From Octopus bimaculoides (Eukaryota), in NCBI RefSeq assembly GCF_001194135.2, contig NC_068990.1, positions 70,371,185 through 70,435,184 of the forward strand: DNA of 64,000 bases, read 5' to 3'. Below, piece by piece: positions 48,831 through 61,114 of the stretch. Numbering within the stretch: position 1 is the first letter of the stretch; every line of letters starts with the position of its first letter. Below the pieces are notes generated by a model that had not been told where the DNA came from, ran no database searches, and saw only the letters and a list, made by a program, of their open reading frames with translations. A program made the translations under genes and the position numbers.

Positions 48831-51751
48831 GTAAGTTTTTGTTGTTACTATAACTACTGTTGCTACTAATACTATTACTACAACTTTTTTTACTGTTTCT
48901 CACTGAGCGGTTTGTTCTGGTTATTAACTTGATGTTAGCCACAACATCACTATACGACACCTATATCATTACTGTGTATATTATTTGTGTCTAGTTGGGT
49001 TGTTGGAGTTATCCTTTCAGACCCATTGTTGTTGTCATTGTTGTTATTGTAAATTCTGTGGTTCATTTCTTGTCATTTCTTTACAGAAATGAAGTCCTGA
49101 ATAAATGCCATTTAACAATGCAAAGCCAGAAAAAAAATTACTAAATGTGTTTACATTTGACAAGACCTAACTAGAAATGAAATAATTTGTAATAAGCTTT
49201 TATGAAGACCTTCCCAGGCCACATTAATAACTGTGATGATGTTACAAATAGATTTGTATTAATTATTTCCATCTGCAACTAATGCAAGTTTAAGTCATGC
49301 ATAAGAGTAGTCATATAACTCTTCAACAGCAAAGAGCCTGTTCTGTTTTGGTCCTTTCTCTCACACTTTAATCCCTCATCCCCTAGAATAAAGCTTCTCC
49401 CTCAGGGCTTTCAAGCTGTATGGCAACCTCACTAGTGCTAGTATCATGAAAAAAACCCAGTACATGCTGTAAAGTGGTTGCAAGGACATCCAGCTATAGA
49501 AACCATGCCAAGTAGACAGTGAAGCATGATGCACTCCATGGGCTCATAGGATCTTGTCAAAGCATTCAACCCTTGCTATGGAACATGGAGTGTAAAACAA
49601 GGCCAATCATGATGCTGGTGCTCTTTATTGACTACATAAAGGTAACAAGTTTCACTAGCCATATGCAGCAGCAATGAATCTTCTTTCATAAATTCTTTTC
49701 AGATTCTAAACTCCAACACACTGAGCTAGTGAGGGAAGGTCCATATGATTGCTCCTAGAAATAAACACCCAGATCTCCCTCAAATTACACTATACTGCAG
49801 ATGTTACCAAACTGTAGGTTGTGGCATTTTAGTGCGTTGCCTGTAATTTCTAAGAGATGTCACAAAATTAAGTCAAATCTGATAAATTCTTTAAAATCTT
49901 TAGCTTGGAAACATATTTGAGATTCAACAACATTGAGTATAATGAAACACACTACTGGTTACATGCAATGTGTTGTTACTTTTTTTTAAAATACAGTTTT
50001 TAAATAGTTTTATCTCCTTGTTTCTCCCACTTGTTATGAGAATTTGAGTATTTATAAATTTGTTATGAATTATTCAAATCTTTTCTGAAAACCAAAATGG
50101 AAACCAATCAATAGTTGGGTGTTAAGTGAAGGGAAACTTTTTGCTAACAAATTCTAAAATATGTGTGATCATGTGTATTGGCACTATATGTAGCTGAGTT
50201 CAAATCTATGGTATTTGGCACTACTTTTCTGGTATTTCTTTTTAATCCCTGTGAAACTGCATTAGATTTAAATGTGCTGAAAGATTTTTTTTGACAAGGA
50301 TGAAATACAAATATAATGCCAGTGGCAGGATTTGAAACTTAAAATCTTAGTTGTCCCTTTTTATTTAATATTAAAGAAAATTTGAACAATTTTCCCTGCA
50401 GCAAAAGAAACTGTTCTTCTCCTTTCCTTTCAGTTTCTTTAATATTCTATTATCATTATTTTTTGTTTTGTTTTTACAGCTCTTTCTTCTCCAATACCTA
50501 CAATGTCAATAGTATTTATATCCCTTAATTTTTTTTTTTTTTTTTGTAAATAAACAAAACTGCAGGTAGTTTATTTGATGCCAGGGTAATTGCAAGTTCA
50601 TCTGATTTTTGTCAGAATAGTAAAACAGAAATTAAAATAATTGGGATGAAATGATGATGATGACAATGATTTCTAACATCAGCATCACCACCACCACCAC
50701 AAAGATTTTCTTAAACATATTCTCAAATGTTTAAATTTCTGAATATGGTATTTAAGACCACCACGTGTTTTCTCTTGTTGATATTTATGGCAAGATATTG
50801 CTTTATCTCAGCCAATGATTAATGGGAAAGGAGATGTCATTGGGTGCAGTAGCCAGATTTTACACTCAATACACACCATACCTTGACAATAAACTGATAG
50901 TTTTATCGATACTATATGTAAAATGCACACTACAGCAATCAAATATAATGGTATATAAGCAAGCTGTGACACTGCAGCACATAGAATCTAGTTTTGTACT
51001 TCTACAAGCAGTAACACAACAACCAGAAATGGATATGGTAGACATATAAGGTATTATTTAGCAGCAACCTTTATAAAAATGGTCAATAACTATTAATAGG
51101 TTATTGGATAGCCACTAAAAGCTTTTGTATTAAATGTAGTTAATAATGGAACCTGCCAGATCAACCTGGGAGGGCCCAACATTGTCCAGGTTGTGTACTG
51201 CAGTCAGAGGGAGACATCTGAATGAAGAATTAATAGAATAACAACAATAACTGAGAATTAAGCTTGTGTTCTACCAGATTGTTGAAAAGTGTATCTCTGT
51301 AATTCTCTCTAAGATGGAGCTAATAAAAGAGCTTATGATGTTGCACAACTTGCTAGAAACAGTAGCTACATCTCCCTTGAATTATATCCTACCATCCTAA
51401 GTAAAGCACCTCAGGATTATAATATGGCCTTGTTCATTAGAAAAAGATGAGATAGTCACAGTTGGAATGCTTTTGATCATAGATTTGTTTGATGAAGGCT
51501 GACCTGGTACTAAACAGTAACAGTAATTCTCAAGAAGATCTAGAAAAAGTAGTCAAAACCCCCTCAAACCACACCTATTTTTAAAAAATGACACATTAAA
51601 GAATGGTCCTTGGTACCCTAAAATGATAGTTTGGTAACAGCTGGAGTTTCTTTGATCAAAGGTCTGTTAGGTTAAAGTTGGCTTGAGGTTAACAACAGTT
51701 CTCTAACAATCAGTATCTTATGTGGCACACATAGATTCATATATATACATA

Positions 51752-51782
<31 letters not shown>

Positions 51783-51785
<3 letters not shown>

Positions 51786-52000
51786 CAGATTTACAGAAAA
51801 CAAGACAAAGACAGGTGAGTGAACAACAAGCAGGTGTATTAGTTTGATGCATGGGAAGAATGGAAATGTCTTTGATATTTCGAGCATATGCTCTTCAACA
51901 GAAAGGGTTGAGAGTTAAAAAAATGGAAAGAGAATAAGAAAATGGAGAGAGAAAAACATGTGTAGGGAATAATGGTTTAACATGATGAAATGACCCAAAT
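51783..52000 (-). mobile_element. Solo Penelope-like pseudo-LTR-type repeat between (TA)n runs
   Basis: About 215 bp flanked on both sides by (TA)n and carrying a minimal hammerhead motif; the PLE assignment is inferred from that motif. Confidence 0.55.
51870..51905 (-). ncRNA. Minimal type I hammerhead ribozyme motif (variant core)
   Basis: Minus strand CUUU-CUGUUGA-A-GAGC-AUAU-GCUC-GAAA-UAUC-AAAG: stem I CUUU/AAAG, stem II GAGC/GCUC, palindromic AAUAUC-type stem III, predicted cleavage after AUC. Core has U instead of A6. Confidence 0.6.
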
Positions 52001-52011
52001 TATATATATAT

Positions 52012-52925
52012 CATCATCATCATCATCATCATTTAATGTCCATCATCCGTACTGGCATGGGTTAGATGGTTTGACTGGGGCTGGTAAGCTGAAAGGCTGC
52101 ACCAGTCTCCAGACTGATTTGGCACAGTTTTCTACAGCTGGATGCCCTTCCTAACACCAACCATTGTAATGGTTGCTTTTACATGCCACCAGCATGGGTG
52201 CCATTTGCGTGACACCAGTATCTGCCACAACTGTGATTTTGCTTGGCTTGATAGGTCTTCTTCTCAAGTAAAACATAATACCAAAGGTCTTGGTCACTGC
52301 CTCCTTGAGTCCTAACACTTGAAAGGAACTCAGCCATCTTGCCTCCATGAGGCCCAAAGCTCAAAAGGTGCTCTTTACGTGTCACTGGCACAGGTACCAG
52401 TTAGGTGGCACCAGCAGTGGCCATGACTATAATTTCACTTGGCTTGACAGGTCTTCTGACGCACAGCATATTGCTAAAGATCTCGGTCACTACTCATTGC
52501 CTCTGTGAGGCTCAAATTTCGAAGATCATGCTTCACCACCTCTTCCCATGTCTTCCTGGGTCTACCTCTACCACAGGTTCCCTCCACAGTTAGAGATCAG
52601 CACTTCTTTATATGGCTGTCCTTGTCCATATGCATCACATGACCATACCCATGCAGTCGTCTCTCTTGCACACCACATCTGATTCCTCTTATGCCTAACT
52701 TTTCTCTCAAGATGCTTACACTCTGTCAAACATGCACACAGACATTTCACATCCAGTGAAGCATACTGGCTCTATTTCTTTCAAGCCTATGCATGTCATT
52801 GGCTGTCACAGCCCATGTTTCACTGCTACGTATCATAGCTGTTCACACACAGGCATCATACAAACTGCTTTTCACTCTGAGAGAGAGGCCCTCTGTTGCC
52901 AGCAGAGGTAGGAGCTCTCTGACGT
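52012..52925 (-). mobile_element. 5'-truncated RTE LINE (same family as 27770-30415)
   Basis: (CAT)n tail, 3' UTR and C-terminal LREKLGIRGIRCGVQERRLHGYGHV...GRGRPRKTWEEVVKHDL. Confidence 0.9.
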
Positions 52926-53065
52926 ATTCCCACAAGTATATATATATATAATAATATAATGTATAAATATATGCATATATTTATACATTATTTATATTAT
53001 TATATGATCAAACGCCACGCATCCTTTTCCAAGTAAGTTTTATATATATATATATATATATATAA

Positions 53066-53400
53066 TCATCATCATCATTTAACATCTGCTTTCCATGCTG
53101 GCATGGGCTGGACAGTTTGACTGAGGACTGGCAAGCCAGGACGCTGTACCAGGCTCCAATCTGATCAGGCAAGGTTTCTACTGCTGGATGCCCTTCCTAA
53201 TGCCAACCACTCTAAGAGTGTAGTGGGTGCTTTTTACATGCCACCGGCACAGGAGCCAGTCCGGCAGCACTAATATTGATCATGCTCAAATGGGGCCATT
53301 TAAGTGCCACTGGCACAGAGGCCAGTCAGGAAGTACTGGCATCAGCCACGACAACAATTTCACTTGACTCAACGGGTCTTCTCAAGCACAGTATATTGCA
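53066..53400 (-). mobile_element. RTE 3' UTR/tail copy
   Basis: Same 3' end as 14145-14490; another copy at 61117-61365. Confidence 0.85.
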
Positions 53401-53759
53401 GAATTTGGTTCCTGTGTTTTCAAATATTGTTGTTGTAATCAGGGTAAGCTCTGATTGGGTAGACTCATGTTCCAGCTATGACCATCATGTCTTCTTTTTC
53501 TTTTTCTGTTTTTTAATCACACTAGATATATAGGGCTTTGTTATCTGGTATGCTCTATAATTTTTTATAATAGTAATGTTATGATGTCATATAAAGGATA
53601 TTTGGCTGCTATTTCTAGCTGGTTGGACAAGGTAGAAGCTCCAGTGTCAAGTCAAAATTTTAAAAAATATTGTAAGATCATCCCTGATATTATAAATAAT
53701 TTATAAAGAGTAAAAGCTATAGATCGTGTCTCCTGTGGTGGGAAAATGATGAAATCGGG

Positions 53760-54290
53760 GCAGTAAAGGAGTACATCTTGTTAGGTCAGAGAGTAAATAT
53801 ATGTTGAGACAGAAATGTTGAAATCTCATGCAGAGTAAGAGCTGAGTGGAGGGTGTTTGCTTTGATTAAAGATGTGTTCAAAGCACAGCTGGTTAAGACT
53901 CTGCATGACAATCTCTTCAAGAGCACTGTTCTACCTGCATTCTTATATGCAAGGGAGATATAGATTTCTGTGGAAATGAAGAAGAACAACAGGCTAAAGC
54001 ACAGATGGCCATGGAAAGACCCATGTTAGGAATACTATTTGGGGAGCATATCTGAAACAAGGTAATTCGAAAATGGGTGGAGTGATTGGTTTAATCATGG
54101 AATACCAAAAATACAAGTTCTGCTGGGTTGGACATGTTGGAAGGCTGACAAACAAGTAGACTTGTACAGTTGTTGAGTGGTATCCAAGAGATCAGGACAG
54201 ACCATGCAGAAAATTTCCAAGATGATAGGAAATGATATAATGTAACAGTGAGGGCCTAAGCAGAAGAGAAAGGTACAATCAAGGGAATTA
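53760..54290 (+). mobile_element. Decayed RTE-clade LINE of a different family
   Basis: LFKSTVLPAFLYA...EEEQQAKAQMAMERPMLG...KFCWVGHVGRLT...VVEWYPRD motifs typical of RTE C-terminal regions. Confidence 0.7.
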
Positions 54291-54661
54291 TGGTAGCACA
54301 TTGTGATCAGTAATGTAGAAAGTCATCTGATAGTCTGGTTAAAAAAAGTAATCTATAGAAAATAAGTATAATTAACATTGTTATTTTCAACATTAGCCTT
54401 GCTTTGTGTTTTTTACACACTCCATCTCATCCATACCTCATATGTATTTTTCTTTTTTTATTCATTAACATTGAAGAAATAGTCTATCTCTTTGTAGTGT
54501 TGGGACAAATTGACTTTATCACAAAATAAAAAAATAACATGTCTGAAATCTCTTGTAATTTCCTCACACCTTGAGGACATACTTGATATATGATTTTCAG
54601 CATGTATATATAAATATATATATATATATAAATATATATATAGCCTCTGACCTTCAATTTT

Positions 54662-54700
<39 letters not shown>

Positions 54701-55124
54701 GTGCATAGTATTATAAATTCCACTCTCATGAATATTTATCTGTGATCTACCAGTTGGAGTGACTTTCCTTTAGGTTTAACAACTGACTTGATGTAATTTC
54801 CTCATGTTGGACATAACTGAAGTGGAAAGATTAAACAAGATATACAACAAGATGCAGATATAAACTAATATTTACATTGTAATCTCTTTATGAGTATATA
54901 AACATACTTAGTCATGCTATGATAGCTGGTGTGTGGTGAACAAAATAATTAACCTTAGTTGAAGTTGTTAAATTTATCATCACATTCTGTACATAACAAT
55001 ATGTTCTTAAGCTTCTTTTTACACCTAATTGAGGGATAATGATGTAGTTATAGTTAGATTTGAAATCACAATAGTCTAGTTCCTGGTCACATACTCTCAT
55101 TAGTTTAGATTTTAACACCAAACA

Positions 55125-55735
55125 ATCTTCACAGTAAGTGCTTCTTAAACACATGGTTCTGGGTTAAGTCCCACTGTGTGGCATCTTGGGCAAGTGTCTT
55201 CTACTGTGACCTTAGGCTGACCAAAGCCTTGTGAATGGATTTGGTAGATGGAAACTGAAAGAAGCTTATTGTATATATATATGTGTGTGTTTGTGTGTGT
55301 GTGTATGTGTCTCTGTTTGTTCCCCACCACTGCTTGACAACTGCTGTTGGGTTGTTTACATCCTTGTAACTTAGCAGTTTGATAAAAGAGACCAAGCACT
55401 AGGCTTAAAAATAAAAAAAGTACTTGGATCAATTCATTCAACTAAAATTTTGAATGACTGAAACAGTTGAAAGAATAAAAGAATAAAATAAATCATATGA
55501 TATGATATGATATGGTGTGCAGAGAAAGAAGTTACTATTTGAATTTTTCACAAGGCTTTTGATGAACCATAGGTGTGGCTTTGTCGTCAAGAAATTTTGT
55601 TTCCCAGCCACATGTTTGTGGGCTCAGTCCCTCTGTGTGGCACCTAGGACAAGTGTCCTCTCCAATTGCTTCAGGCCTACTAAATCCTTATGAGTGGATT
55701 TGATAGATGGAAACTGAAAGAAATGTAGTGTGTGT
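55125..55735 (+). mobile_element. Two SINE family A copies in tandem
   Basis: gggttaagtcccactgtgtggcatcttgggcaagtg... (55125-55490) and ggctcagtccctctgtgtggcacctaggacaagtg... (55570-55735). Confidence 0.8.
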
Positions 55736-57526
55736 GTATCCTTGTCTTGGCATTGCGTTGTATTTGCGAGTGAGTGTCACTGTCATACAAGCAGTGTCAT
55801 TCATTTCCAATATTCTGCAAAAATATGTTTGGCCATGGTAAAAGTTACTTTGTTTGGGAACAGGTGAGGGTTGGCAATTGGAAGGGCATCCGGCCAAAGA
55901 AAATTTTCTCCAATAAACTCCATCCAACCCATGCAAGCATGGAAAAGTAGATGTTAAAATGATGATGATGATGATGATGATACTGTAAGTAGTCCCTCTC
56001 TCTCACTGTTTTCTTTATACCACAACCCCACATTAGAAAAAAAATTGCTAAAATGTTGGCTGTTGTCTGGTGTCATTCCTAAAATATACAATGATTGTGA
56101 CTATTGGTTGTCTTGTTGGCTTCCTACCTACTTATAGTGCTTTCATTAGTCACAAAGTACTTTTAATTTTGACATTAGTCTTTGAGTGTGTAAACAACTC
56201 TGTTTTTGAAACCAAAGTCACAATGTTATGTTGGCTTAATTTAGTACAGAATGTCTCATTAGTAAACAGTGCTAACTGGCCAAAATTTGCTCACTTCAGT
56301 TTAATTTTTTTTTTTTCGTAATTTCTTTTTGTTTATCTATTCATTATTTTTTTTTTGTTTTTGTTTAATTGCCATTCTTTCGTGCTACTTGCAAGAAGTT
56401 TCATCTTATAAATGAGTTTGCAATAGCACATGATAATTGACAATATTGGTTGTACATGCTTGTCTGCAACAAATACACAAGCCTTGAGTTATCATTCCTT
56501 TTTATCACTGTTTGCTGTTGCTTCAGACAATCTTGCATTGTTTTCTCTTTCTGTCTCCGTCATTATCTTATTTCAGATTTTATGTTCAATAATCATTGAA
56601 TAATTGCTCAAGAAACTTTAAAAAAACTAAACTAAAAGGAAACGAACATGAGTAAAAATGAGTAACATTATAAACAGGAGTGGATTTAATCACTGCACCA
56701 ATGATACTTTTTACAAAAGTCATTCAGTATAGATTTCATAAACATAAATAACAATGAACCTTTTTTAAACATTTTAGAAATTTTTGTCTAATGTGAGGTT
56801 GTGATATAAAGAAAACATTGAGAGAGAGGGACAGATGAAAGGTGGTGGGTGTTAGAAAGAAAGAGGAATACAAATAATCTTATTTTCTTAAGTTCTTTGA
56901 CCTCTTCAGTCATTTGCTTGTTCTGGCAGTTATTCCCAGCTGATTGGAGGTAGCTCAGTGAAAGATTTACCCTGAGCAAAGTTGAAGGAAATAAAAAATA
57001 AACAACTTGATGGGTCAATGAATGAAAATGGAGGAATATATATTGACATGGCCTGAGTGACAGAGTTAGAAATGAGAATGGCAATTAATTCTTGCTTGAA
57101 CAAACTGATCAAACTTGCTTGAACAAACTGAAAGGTAAGACAGGATCTTAGTGGTGACGGTGACTAACTGATGCAGTGTTGTACAAAATGAAATTAAAAC
57201 AAACTTTGAAGAGTTATCCAGAAAGATCCAGGCCAAGTGTTTGAAGGCATGAAGATTATTAAATGAAGGTTGAGAGGATATTATCAGAAGTAGGGGATGG
57301 GTCGCAGTTGTGTGTGTGTGTGTGTGTGATAGCATGTGATTTTCAGGATGGGAGATGATTCTTGTGGGGTACAGAGAGGTATGATAAAACAAACATATAT
57401 GTGCTAAAAGAAGTGTGTATGTGTGTGTTAGCGTATGCTTGCTTCAGTACATATGTTTGTTTTATCATACCTCTGAACACCACAAGAATTATCTCCTGAC
57501 TATATTCATATACTTGTATGTATGTA

Positions 57527-57529
<3 letters not shown>

Positions 57530-57588
<59 letters not shown>

Positions 57589-57929
57589 CATCACTGTTTA
57601 ATGTTCTTCTTCCCAATAGATGCATAAGTTGTTCACATATGTTCACACTTGTGCATTCTTATGCATACTCTTAAATATTTTCACACACATACACACCAAT
57701 ATCATTTAAGTTAAACAAAAGTAAATTTAAGTGCATGCACTTATGCTTTTCTGTAAGGGGAAAAAAATGCAAGAGGGTAAAAGAAGTTTTACTGGCTGCT
57801 GCTACTGTTAGGTTGGGGTGTTCTGATGCAAAAGGAAAACTTCTTATCAAGTAAATCCTATCTCAAATGCTGAATCAGTTATGGAAGAAAATAGCTGTGA
57901 AAGTAAATGATATACATACACACACATAT

Positions 57930-57962
<33 letters not shown>

Positions 57963-57999
57963 TATGTATGTATGCATGCACACATACATACATACATAC

Positions 58000-58040
<41 letters not shown>
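57530..58040. repeat. Compound (TA)n/(CA)n microsatellite cluster
   Basis: Long TA runs near 57530-57582 and 58003-58037 with a CA run between. Confidence 0.9.
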
Positions 58041-58041
<1 letters not shown>

Positions 58042-59694
58042 AGTTTCCCAGCCCACCTCTAGTTTTACTGGTGGGGCACCAAACATCTTCCTTACACTCT
58101 CTATTTATCTCTTCCGTTGATTTCTTTTCTCTTCTTTTCTGTCTGTTGTACACCCCACCTTCTGCTTTTTTTCTTTTTCCTTACATATATTATTTCTTTT
58201 TTTCATTTTCCTCCATTTTTTCATGTTCTTCATCTATTTCCCCCATTTTTCAATTTTCTTTTTTCCTTACCTTCTACAGTTTCTGAGTTATCCTTTTACC
58301 TTTTGTTCCTTCATCTAATTTTTCTTTTTCTCTTCCTCCTTCTCTTCTTCTTCTTCTTCTTCTTCTTCTTTCTATTCTTATTCCTAGATATTCATATTTG
58401 GAGAGGTGGCAGGGGGCACGTTCTGTTTCTTTCTCCCTGCAAAATTTAGATTGATTATGTAGACTTGGAACAAAAACATTACAGATAAGGAATGTTTTAC
58501 CTTGTAGTGAGCATAACTGAATGTTACTACAGGGGTGGCAGCAGTTGTGTTAGGGTTTGGGAATGGGAGTGGATTTATTGGTTGGTAGAGCACTGAGCTG
58601 ATGCAGGGTGCAAAAGCAGAAGGGCTTCTATCAGGTTTCAAAAATGTTGGCTTCATATTACTTCAGATTGTATTGAATGTAGACAATAAGATCTGTGTGC
58701 ACACATGTGTGAGTGTTTGTATGTATATAACATGAGACTGAAACTGATAAAGTTTTCTTGACATAATTGCAGAATTTAACCAATTCCTTCAAGCTGTTAT
58801 TTTTTTTTTTTTTTTTAATTTTCATTACATTTTTTTTTTTGTTAGTTTGAAAATTTGGTAATTGACTTTTAGAATCACAATTTAATGAACTTTACTTAGA
58901 TAATGAAGTTGAAAGAGAAATAAGGATATTTTGTCTTCGTTTAAATGATAAAGGAAGGTTATTAGAGGAAAACTTTTGAAGAGGAAGTAGACAATTTCAT
59001 GTAAGGTGGTACCGCTTTCTTAAATGCCAGTGACATGCTGTGTGGGAGATTATTTTGGTGGCATGAGACAAATATTTGTTTGGTCGTTAGTTAAACACAG
59101 AAATTATTGACATAAATTATATTGTGGTTGTAATAGGAAATGTCATTGAGCTGGTGAGAAAAAAAATAACCCAGCTAAAGTTTCATGGAAAATATATAAC
59201 TGAAAGGAGTACTAAATCTATTAATAGAATTAATAAGAATGAAGCTATGAAATGAGGGTTGCCAGGATTTATATCATTGATCTCTGGGTTGCAAGTTTGG
59301 CACTTAACCATTTGGCTGTGTAGTTTTGTGGCTTATTATATTTCTTGTTGTAGTGAAGATGTTTGGACTAGTGGTTAGGGTGTTGCACTCATGTTCTTAC
59401 AACTGTAGTTTCAATTCCCAGATGATTGGGTGGTGTATTGTGTTCTTTGATCAAAACCCCTCATTTCATGTTACTCCAATCCACTCAGCTGTAAATGAGT
59501 TTCAGCAATAATTGGGAAGTTAACCCTGTGATGGGCTGGTGTCCTGTCAGGTGAGGAGTGTTACTTATACAACATAAAATCTAGGTTACACTCTGGCCTT
59601 ACGAGTCTCAGACCACATGGCAGACCTATGTCTAAGTCTTATTCTTAAGTATTGCAACAACCAGAAGCTTTAAGGTCAAGCTTTCAAGACCTCT

Positions 59695-59916
59695 TCTAAT
59701 ATTGGTTTTAAATTTTGGCACAAGACCAACAGTTTTGGGGAAGAGGCTAAGTTGATTACATCAACCCCAGTGTTCAAATGGTATTTGTTTTATTGGCCCC
59801 AAAAGAATGAAAGGCAAAGTTGACTCCAAAATTTGAGCTCAGAACATAAAGACAGATGAAATGTCACTTAACATTTTGCCTGGCTTGCTAATGATTCTGC
59901 CAGCTCGCTGCCTTAA
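59695..59916 (-). mobile_element. Well-preserved SINE family B copy
   Basis: Minus strand aaggcagcgagctggcagaatcattagcaagccaggcaaaatg...ttctgagctcaaatt...ctttgcctttcattc; another minus copy at 61795-61980. Confidence 0.85.
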
Positions 59917-60083
59917 CCGTCTTCTAATATTGCAATCTGGTGTTTGGCAAAACTAAATAAATAACAGATACCATCCATCTTTAAGAAATAATTATAAAAA
60001 TAAAGTGAAAAGTATTTTTGGAAAATAGATGTATATGCTTCAAAAGGAACTTAATTCTTTTGATGTAAAAAACACTTTTTTAG

Positions 60084-60307
60084 CCCTTTTGATACAAACC
60101 CGCCTGAAACTGCCCCTGGTTCTAGGATACACACTTCTTTTTAAACCGATTTAAATTAAGACCTTCCATTAAAACTTCATGTTAATTTATGTCTGAAACA
60201 CCATTTAATAGTGACAGTTATTTTACTAAATTCTTTTTTTTTTTTTTTTCCAAAATTAATCAAAGGAAGGCAGCATATTTCAGAAGAAAAGATGGTAACA
60301 AAATGGT
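60084..60307. mobile_element. piggyBac-type MITE (same family as 1204-1420)
   Basis: ccctttt gatacaaacccgcctgaaactgccc ... ggtaacaaaatggt|ttaa; degenerate left TSD. Confidence 0.75.
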
Positions 60308-60849
60308 TTAAGAAGCAGTATTATTGTTGTTGCTGTTGGTTCTGACTGGTACCTCCAGAACTGTATTATTGGTTATATTTACCAAACCTCTTAAGAACCC
60401 CAAAGAAATATACTTGTTAAATGTCTAGTTCTTTTACTTTAATTCTATGAGTCTTTTATCTTGTGACCGACTATATTGTCTTCTACAACTCATGGAACTG
60501 AGACTGTGTTGGAACTACTCTAGAGTTGTTACTTTGTTAATAGAACATTTCTTTGAAAATAATAGGCACAGTGGTCCTGTTGGTAAGACATAATGCTCCT
60601 TTATTGTGTTTCTATTGTAATGGGCTCAAGTCATTGCTAACCTCCACTCAGTATTTATTTGGTTTCCAGTTCCTTCTATTTTTTATTTTTGATTTCACTC
60701 TTTTGGCAAATATATTTTATCCATTGGTGTAGACACACCCACGAGGCATCATGCTTTATTTTATCAGCTCTACTGATGATATCTGGGCAGTTATCTTTAA
60801 TCAACTGCACTGTGTAAATATATGTACGTACACACACACACACGCACAT

Positions 60850-60886
<37 letters not shown>

Positions 60887-61081
60887 TAGTTGTCTAAGAA
60901 TCTATAAGTCAGAACAAAATAAGCACTTGTATATTTGTGAATAGAGTGGGTGTGCTTATCAAATGGTACAGTATTATAGATACATTTTAGCTGATCTTAC
61001 CAATCAGTTTCACACTGGTATTAAATAACTAGATATTAGGCAACAGCACAGTTATGTGTGTATACATACATGCATACATAC

Positions 61082-61114
<33 letters not shown>

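Noticed and set aside
50960-51049. AVTLQH as the next UBA6 exon (expected AVTIHD-like)
   Set aside because: No polypyrimidine tract, no downstream similarity (expected DLGTNFFL-like), and it ends in a stop.
57343-58449. Cluster of ORFs up to 139 aa on both strands
   Set aside because: Translations of (TA)n, (CA)n and (TTC)n microsatellites (YIYI, HTHT, poly-F).
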